Shown here: positions 55,464-64,000 of the stretch, piece by piece | Layout: each line of letters opens with the position of its first letter | Position numbering within the stretch: the stretch's first letter is position 1 | DNA from: Macrostomum lignano | Lineage: Eukaryota | Direction: 5' to 3' | Length of the DNA stretch: 64,000 nt | Assembly: GCA_002269645.1 (NCBI GenBank) | Contig: NIVC01000049.1 | Span: forward strand, 124,001 to 188,000 | The notes under the pieces: model-generated | Databases searched by the model: none | What the model was told of the DNA's origin: nothing | Seen by the model: only the letters and a program-made list of their open reading frames with translations | Translations under genes and position numbers: made by a program

Positions 55464-58156
55464 CTGCAAAGGAATTTAAAACACAAATAAAGTTTGTTGA
55501 TATTGGCAACTTATTGAGTCAATTATTATTTTGTACTAAAGCTTATAAAAGTTAGCTTCAAGCTTAGATTTTATAAAAATAAAGGCGATTTTAGCCATAT
55601 TGATAGTGGTATAAGAAATTAAGAATTAGTTCAACTTATAAAAGATATATGTATACATATAGTTTGAGATAGATAGGAAAGACCTTAATTAAGCTAAAGA
55701 AAATCATTTTTTAATTTTTTATATATTTGCCCCATTATAACTTTATCTTTAAAAAGCTATCAAAATCTTTAGAAAAATGTTAGAAATACTTTCTTGAGAG
55801 CAAATACTACATGCATAATGAATTTTGATCTAATACTATAGTAAAATACTTTATGGGTTTTACGGAATTGCTATAATCAATAACAATAAAATACATAATA
55901 AAATGTAAAATTTATACTGATTTTCGACAGCCTATAATATTATTTGTTATTAATTTTCATATCTAAATCAAGCTGCAAGCAAATAGAACTTTAACGTTAG
56001 GACCTGAACATTATCTTAAATCTTACAAATAGTATTTTAATTATTAATTAATATTACATTGCCCACCAATAATACTTTAATATTTTTTCCCTAATTAATT
56101 AATTGCACTTATTTTATCAATATTATGCCTATGCATATTTGGCTATTTGTGGCCACTGGCCATAATAATACAATAAATAGAGTTGCAGTTGCAGATAAGA
56201 TACTTTTTTATCTATCAAAATTTTCCTAACAAATTACAATGCCTGGCTAGCTACCTGGCCATTGTTTATTTCTCTAAATTACTGAGTACTTGACTTTAAA
56301 TAAAGACTTAAGTATAGACACGGGCATAGTGGACCAATACAAACAAAAAGGCAGAATTAAAACTTTTGGAAAACGTCAAATTCAGTAAGCAACTGCGGTC
56401 AAGTGCAAGCGCGGAAAATTTGAAATCGCGCCACAGTGACTAGCAAGTAAAAGTTTTAAACAAATTTATGTGCTTCGAACAAGTTTTTTCGCATCGATGA
56501 AAGCATTTTTTATAATTTATCAACATTAAACTATTTGTAAGGGATTAGGATGAAAAGACAAAAAAAGTTTCGTGATACAAAGTACCGATACATGTACATT
56601 AAAGCTGCGTTAGAACTCTGCTCTCTTTATATCAGTTCTAAGTCTTTGTCTATGTGCTCTGAAAATAAAAATTAATTCTTAGAGCTGGAGCTGAAATACT
56701 GTGTCCTTGAACAACGTAACAACTTTGAATTTAAAAAAATCCACTAATCCCTTTGTTTTATAGTTTTAACTTTGAATAAAATTTACCATTAATGGCAAAT
56801 GTTCACCAAAGTTTTTTCTGCCAAGATTAGTGGATACGTACATTTTTACAAGTTATAAACTCTGTATACATTACCCATGCTAAAGTTTAGCAGCGGATTG
56901 CTAGCGGATTTATTTATTACATGTACATGTACTGTACATGTACTGTACATGTATTTTCCCAGCACTAGCGGTGGTACGTCTGACGCCAGCAACTGCTGCT
57001 GGTGGATAGCAAGCGAATAGGGAAAACATTCCCTTCCTGCCTTTCGCTAGCACGTCAACGCCCATATAGCTTTTTGGGTATAAAATTGTCTAATCGATAT
57101 AGAGTATGTATGTCGACTGTGTGCAAATTGTACATGTGCATGGACACACTGTAGATGTACGGGTAACTACATGTAGCTGTAAATATACTGCATATGTATA
57201 ACAAGGACTATTATACTTAACAAGGTGACTTCATGCAGTGGTCCTTGATTTATAATTTATACATATGTATTTTGCTCTCTGTAACATGTACATATGTGCA
57301 AAAGCAATGGTGTGCTGCATGGGTTCAAATTCAATTTCGTACGTAATTGGTGAGGCCATTATGCAATTGAAGATTCTGTGAATTTTGCCCGTAACATATG
57401 TTTGGTAAATCCAGGTAAAATGCATATATAGTACGAATTTTGACGTTTGCATGTGGGTACATACTAAAAAACAACTTGACATACATCATGCACATACATG
57501 TAGGCGGAAGGGCTAGTGGAATGGCGCTGCTCCCGATCACATTCAGCAGTTTATAAATTTACATGCACAATACATTTAAACTCTGTTACCTCGATGTTAA
57601 AATTACGTATACATGTGGTAGATTCTTCATCGCGTATATTGCGCATTACTTGCGAAACAAAGATCCCGATCTAAAAGCTATACAAAATCCAACCCGAGCC
57701 ATCCCTCAGCGTTAAAAGAAACCATAATGCATCGCGGTTACCATAAAGTGGCACATATAATACTATGATAAAGCGACTTATGAGGGGTATCTACCAAAAT
57801 CAAAAAAGCAATAAAGATAGGCGCCAATTTCAGGCATAATAAAATTATTGCTGCACAAATATCAATTCACATTTCGTGAGTTACTGTGCAACACAGCATA
57901 CAGTATGTCATGATGATACTGAAATCTGTCTGACCGCGATAGCTTTTGAAGTTTTATTCTAGATCTTGATAAAAAGAATTGTTGCCCCGAATCGGTCAAA
58001 TTAATAAAAATATGCAGATTACGATTAGTAATTAAGGACACATGCAGAAAAATATATAATAAAAACTGCATCTGTTCAATCGCCATGTCCATTACATATT
58101 ATGCATACATGTACATCGTGTATGACTTCATTTTCCAGTACTACAAGTGTACTATA

Positions 58157-58190
58157 CAGGGGCGGATTTAGGGGGGGGCGGCCCGCCCCC
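58157..58190. mobile_element. Orphan left end of an hAT-type MITE
   Basis: CAGGGGCGGATTTAGGGGGGG matches the left TIR of 15195-15407; no right end was found. Confidence 0.55.
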
Positions 58191-59599
58191 GTACCAAGCC
58201 ACACGTATCCACACGTACCCAGCTGTGTCCGTGTCACGTTCTCTTACCGATAATCTCGATCTGTTTTTGTCTTCATGATTCCGATAACAATTTTACACCG
58301 ATTTCCTGGATGTTTATTACGCATTTTTGTGACATTTAAACTAATAATCGAGTACATTAATTGTCCTAAATTTTTTTTTATTTTATTGCTGAAGAAATCC
58401 AGCTGTTCAAACTTCACAGCCTACAATTAATCTGTGTAGCTCCATTTTGAACTTTCAAAACTCGTTTTCTAGATCAGAATTCAGACAGATTTATCACCTG
58501 AAGTCCTTTCAGGCATCACGGAACCATGAGGGACAGATTGTAGAATGGAGAAGGTATGCGCTACACTTTTAAGTCGTGCGCGATTTTTCTCTGCAAAAAG
58601 CATATATATTTACGAACGAGATAGAAAGTTTTCCATTGATAGTTTTTAGCCCTAATTACATAGTCTAAAAGCCTTGCAAGTCACTCCCGCTGACTCACGT
58701 ACGAGTTAAACCGTTTCCAATATTTGCGTCAAAAAAAGAAGTCCTGTAGGCCCATTTTAAGCCTGTTTAATTTTAACTATCTATCATAATAGTAGCTGGG
58801 TTATTCGACTCATGATCGATGTCTGGGAATTCCAAAAAACACCGGCCAAAGTATCTTCGCGGTAAAACGCGTCCATGATCAATGCTATTTAGACTGATGA
58901 GAGCCCACATCTAAGGCACAGAGAGTGTGTATCTCGTTGTTACTCGTATATAGCGTCGTACCTACAATCTACTAAATAGTCTAAGGCGACGACTATTGAC
59001 TATATGGGCTAAAAAGGTAAGCAGCCATGGAAATGTAGCTAGGTGGCATTTTGATGAAATAATGTTTTATTATTAGTCAACGCGGAGGACAGCCCCGTCC
59101 CTACTGCAGTGTTTATGCACTGTGTTTATGTTCGCGCGGAGAGAATAGATTAGTTTAGTCTGGCTTGTATAGTCTCAGGCTGCATAATTCCGAACTGCAG
59201 CCTTATGGAACCATGGGATAGCGATTTAGAATTAGGGACGTTTCCAACCGCGGCACTACACGGATAAGAGAGAGATAAAAACAAACTTTTCGGACAAAGA
59301 AGATTTTCCCCGGCTAGAGCGCCGTGCCCTATCTCTATCCCGGTGGTTCATCAATTCCTTTTTTCCCAGTTGCTTAAAATTGTTTAAACTTTGCGCAATG
59401 AGTCACTCTGAAGCTGTCAAGGTGAGAGTTGCCAGAAAAAAAAACAGATTTTATGAACTTTTCTCCGTCTGGTTCATAAAAGTATGGTTCAAGCTGATTG
59501 TAGCTATACGATCTCTGATGAAAATTTAAGCAATAAATTAAAAGACCGAGTCTGCCGCTCAACCTCAACCTCTCTCATCCTCCGTCCGTTCACTTGACG

Positions 59600-61128
59600 C
59601 ATCTCAGGACACTAATTTGGTGCATCTCAGGACACTAATTTGGTGCATCTCAGGACACTAATTTGGTGCATCTCAGGACACTAATTTGGTGCATCTCAGG
59701 ACACTAATTTGGTGCATCTCAGGACACTAATTTGGTGCATCTCAGGACACTAACTCGGCGCATCTCAAGGACACTAATTTGGTGCATCTCAGGACACTAA
59801 CTTGGCGCATCTCAGGACACTAATTTGGCGCATCTCAGGACACTAACTTGGCGCATCTCAGGACACTAACTTGGCGCATCTCAGGACACTAATTTGGCGC
59901 ATCTCAGGACACTAACTTGGCGCATCTCAGGACACTAACTTGGTGCATCTCAGGACACTAATTTGGTGCATCTCAGGACACTAATTTGGCGCATCTCAGG
60001 ACACTAACTTGGCGCATCTCAGGACACTAACTTGGCGCATCTCAGGACACTAATTTGGCGCATCTCAGGACACTAACTTGGCGCATCTCAGGACACTAAC
60101 TTGGTGCATCTCAGGACACTAATTTGGTGCATCTCAGGACACTAATTTGGTGCATCTCAGGACACTAACTTGGCGCATCTCAAGGACACTAATTTGGTGC
60201 ATCTCAGGACACTAATTTGGCGCATCTCAGGACACTAACTTGGCGCATCTCAGGACACTAATTTGGCGCATCTCAGGACACTAACTCGGCGCATCTCAAG
60301 GACACTAATTTGGTGCATCTCAGGACACTAATTTGGTGCATCTCAGGACATTAACTTGGCGCATCTCAGGACACTAACTTGGCGCATCTCAGGACACTAA
60401 TTTGGTGCATCTCAGGACACTAACTCGGCGCATCTCAAGGACACTAATTTGGTGCATCTCAGGACACTAACTCGGCGCATCTCAAGGACACTAATTTGGT
60501 GCATCTCCGGACACTAATTTGGTGCATCTCAAGGACACTAACTTGGTGCATCTCAGGACACTAACTTGGTGCATCTCAGGACCCTAACTTGGTGCATCTC
60601 AGGACACTAACTTGGTGCATCTCAGGACACTAATTTGGCGCATCTCAGGACTCTAACTTGGCGCATCTCAGGACACTAACTTGGTGCATCTCAGGACACT
60701 AATTTGGCGCATCTCAGCACACTAATTTGGTGCATCTCAGGACACTAACTTGGTGCATCTCAGCACACTAACTTGGTGCATCTCAGGACACTAATTTGGC
60801 GCATCTCAGCACACTAATTTGGTGCATCTCAGGACACTAACTTGGTGCATCTCAGCACACTAATTTGGTGCATCTCAGGACACTAATTTGGTGCATCTCA
60901 GCACACTAATTTGGTGCATCTCAGGACACTAATTTGGCGCATCTCAGGACACTAATTTGGTGCATCTCAGGACACTAATTTGGCGCATCTCAGGATACTA
61001 ATTTGGTGCATCTCAAGGACCCTAACTTAGCGCATTTCAGGACACTAATTTGGTGCATCTCAGGACACTAATTTGGCGCATCTCAGGACACTAATTTGGT
61101 GCATCTCAAGGACCCTAACTTAGCGCAT
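59600..61128. repeat. 23-nt minisatellite
   Basis: About 66 copies of GCATCTCAGGACACTAA(T/C)TTGG(T/C). Confidence 0.97.
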
Positions 61129-61595
61129 TGGACTCTTGCCAATATCCGCCGCTTTCTCCTTCTCTAGCCCTCATCTGCTTGGATCCCTTCCAGTCTCCGA
61201 TTACCACAGAAGGCGCTATATATGCATATAGCAGTGTTAGTCGAGTCATTTGCATAGGGACTTTTATTCTTACGAGCGTATTCTAAAAAAATATCCACAC
61301 CACTCTAATATAAATCGCCCTCCCCCAATTTGTTATACTGAATAATTTGCGGTCGTCCCCAATCCTGATTGAACTCCAGTTGGCATCCTAATCCATCTTC
61401 ACCAACGGCAACAGTTGAGGAATTCAGAAAAGATTTCCTTAGAACCAGCGTAATCCGCGGCGCTTTGGGAGCCAAAAAGATGCATGGCTTTTGGATGCAA
61501 ACCGGTTTTATGCTACTTAATTACTGCTGAATCCAGTACGAATTATACAGTCAGGCGTCTGCGAAGTTTGGAATTAATCCCGAAGGGCACAGTGT

Positions 61596-62820
61596 CGATT
61601 AGGGTGTCAGTATAGCTTCAATTTGAGTGTCAGGAGCTTCAATCTGGGTGTCAGGAGCTTCAAACTGAGTGTCAGGAGCTTCAGTTTGGGTGTCAGGAGC
61701 TTCAGTTTGGGGGTCAGTATAGCTTCAATCTGGGTGTCAGGAGCTTCAATCTGGGTGTCAGTATAGCTTCAATCTGGGTGTTAGTATAGCTTCAATCTGG
61801 GTGTCAGTATAGCTTCAATCTGGGTGTCAGTATAGCTTCAATCTGGGTGTCAGTATAGCTTCAATCTGGGTGTCAGTATAGCTTCAATCTGGGTGTCAGG
61901 AGCTTCAATCTGGGTGTCAGTATAGCTTCAATCTGGGTGTTAGTATAGCTTCAATCTGGGTGTCAGTATAGCTTCAATCTGGGTGTCAGTATAGCTTCGA
62001 TTAGGGTGTCAAGAGCTTCAATCTGGGTGTCAGTATAGCTTCAATCTGGGTGTCAGTATAGCTTCAATCTGGGTGTCAGTATAGCTTCAATCTGGGTGTT
62101 AGTATAGCTTCAATCTGGGTGTCAGTATAGCTTCAATCTGGGTGTCACTATAGCTTCAATCAGGGTGTCAGTATAGCTTCGATTAGGGTGTCAGGAGCTT
62201 CAATATGGGTGTCAGTATAGCTTCAATCTGGGTGTCAGGAGCTTCAATCTGGGTGTCAGTATAGCTTCAATCTGGATGTCAGTATAGCTTCGATCTGGGT
62301 GTCAGGAGCTTCAATCTGAGTGTCAGTATAGCTTCAATCTGGATGTCAGTATAGCTTCGATCTGGGTGTCTGTATAGCTCCGATTAGGGTGTCAGTATAG
62401 CTTCAATCTGGATGTCAGTATAGCTTCAATATGGGTGTTAGTATAGCTTCAATCTGGGTGTCAGTATAGCTTCGATTAGGGTGTCAGGAGCTTCAATCTG
62501 GGTGTCAGTATAGCTTCAATATGGGTGTCAGTAAAGCTTCAATATGGGTGTCAGTATAGCTTCAATCTGGGTGTCAGTATAGCTTCGATTAGGGTGTCAG
62601 TATAGCTTCGATTAGGGTGTCAGTATAGCTTCGATTAGGGTGTCAGTATAGCTTCGATTAGGGTGTCAGTATAGCTTCGATTAGGGTGTCAGTATAGCTT
62701 CGATTAGGGTGTCAGTATAGCTTCAATCTGGGTGTCACCTAGCTTCAATCTGGGTGTCACTATAGCTTCAATCTGGGTGTCACTATAGCTTCAATTTGGG
62801 TGTCAGTATAGCTTCGATTT
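61596..62820. repeat. 23-nt minisatellite
   Basis: About 53 copies of TATAGCTTCAATCTGGGTGTCAG / TATAGCTTCGATTAGGGTGTCAG. Confidence 0.97.
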
Positions 62821-63549
62821 TGGTTATTAAGCTATATTAAGCTGGTTATTAAGTGTATCTCGCAAAAACGTTGACTAAAATAATATGTATTCTGCTTATA
62901 ACGGGTTTAGACAACCATGATACGCCCTCATTTACTGGCTACATGTAGAAAAAGTTTATTTTTTAGTTTCTCTGTCGTTTCCTCGAATTGCCAGCTCTTG
63001 TTTCGGCTCTCTGTACCCAACCGCCCACCCCAATAATTTAGTTGTTTGCTGTTTCAAGCTAATATTAATGGCAACATATAGCTAGAAGACCCAAATTCAG
63101 CCCTCTTCAGCCCAAACTATAAGCATTCGAAGCATTAGTCATGCTGCATAAGTAAGTGGGCCTTATTGGCTGCAGGCATCAGGGCTGTCAGGGCTCAGCA
63201 CTGAGAGTTGGCTGTGCCGCAAATGCAGCAGCCCTCCGTCTGCCGAACAACCCTCCACGCTCAGTGATGAAAAACAGCCAGCTTAGCGCACATTTATTGT
63301 TTATCAATTTGCAATTCCTTAGATGGCGGATTGCTAAGGAGAAAGCGTCAGTTGGATCAGGCAGTCGCCAAGTCAGCAACCGCAGCACGCTTAGGCCTGA
63401 AACCTTCTTCACTTCCTGCCGCTTACTTAAATGGGCACTGCAGCAATATAAAAGGAAAGAAACAAAGCAAGGCAGCAAGCGAAGGCCGCACGAAGCTGAC
63501 TTGCTTATTTGACTTTCTTCAACTAAAGTGAGACACCAGTCTCCTCGGA

Positions 63550-64000
63550 ATGAAGTCGCAGTTGTTATTGCTATTAGCCTTACTACTAGTGACTCGAACT
63601 CATTGTCGCAACGGAGACTCTACAATTCGATTTCTAGTAGCAGATTCTGCTTTTGTGCTTCGCGGCGACAACAGCGCCGCTAGTGGAAAGTCTCTGTTAG
63701 GTTATCGAGTTGCAGTACTCAAGCAGTCAAACGATCACTACCTGCTGGTCTCCGATCCCAGAGCTGCAGCCGCCGGTACATCTGTCACTAGCGGAGTTGT
63801 CTACAGAGTCAAACTAACGGGCGACGAGTTCAACACGACTAAGGAGCTGCGCAGCGTTAGCGCAGAGATTTCGTTTGACTTCGCTAGCCAAGACCGAGAC
63901 CTGCACGCGAACAGAAGCGTAGTTCAATTCGGAGCGAGCATTTCTACTCTACGAAATGGTCAGTTCGCGGTGTGCGCTCCTGGCTACAACTTTGCTAATA
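63550..64000 (+). CDS. Integrin alpha-like protein, N-terminus (runs off the window)
   Basis: ATG at 63550 is open to the window end: signal peptide MKSQLLLLLALLLVTRTHC, then FG-GAP-like segments LLGYRVAV...LLVSDPRA...SGVVYRV and QFGASIS...FAVCAPGY. Confidence 0.75.
   Translation, partial: MKSQLLLLLALLLVTRTHCRNGDSTIRFLVADSAFVLRGDNSAASGKSLLGYRVAVLKQSNDHYLLVSDPRAAAAGTSVTSGVVYRVKLTGDEFNTTKELRSVSAEISFDFASQDRDLHANRSVVQFGASISTLRNGQFAVCAPGYNFAN

Noticed and set aside
56255-56262. ATG GCC AG|GTAGCT as the first CDK exon
   Set aside because: Good start context, but splicing to 55463 is out of frame (stop after 5 codons); left unresolved.
51280-57620. TACATG-rich patches as a defined element
   Set aside because: Low-complexity palindromic patches with no boundaries, TIRs or TSDs that I could define.
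59600-62820. Regular arrays as CRISPR loci
   Set aside because: Head-to-tail repeats with no unique spacers, no cas genes, and a eukaryotic context.

Overview
Eukaryotic, spliceosomal-intron-containing animal genomic DNA. The GC-rich, low-complexity exons and minisatellite-filled introns suggest a free-living flatworm such as Macrostomum; this is inference, not demonstrated. All annotation was done by eye, without database searches. Five consecutive minus-strand genes can be reconstructed with GT-AG junctions: nicastrin, OSTM1, a shortened DLG5-like scaffold, beta-COP and a divergent CDK-family kinase. An integrin alpha-like gene starts on the plus strand at the right edge and is missing from the ORF track. 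Non-coding DNA holds about 25 micro/minisatellite arrays, two tRNA-derived SINE families, hAT-type MITEs, a solo LTR and a truncated Ty3/Gypsy gag. Most notable observations: (1) all 13 resolved introns of 190 nt or more contain a tandem array and all 4 shorter ones lack one; (2) one 28-nt minisatellite family occurs in introns of two genes; (3) a gag fragment is bracketed by a perfect 92-bp duplication; (4) a 62-nt 28S rRNA fragment is mutated mainly at the R2/I-PpoI target site; (5) some arrays consist of repeated splice-site-like motifs; (6) the DLG5-like protein lacks a GUK domain and the CDK lacks the T-loop threonine. Most long ORFs in the supplied track are translations of repeats.
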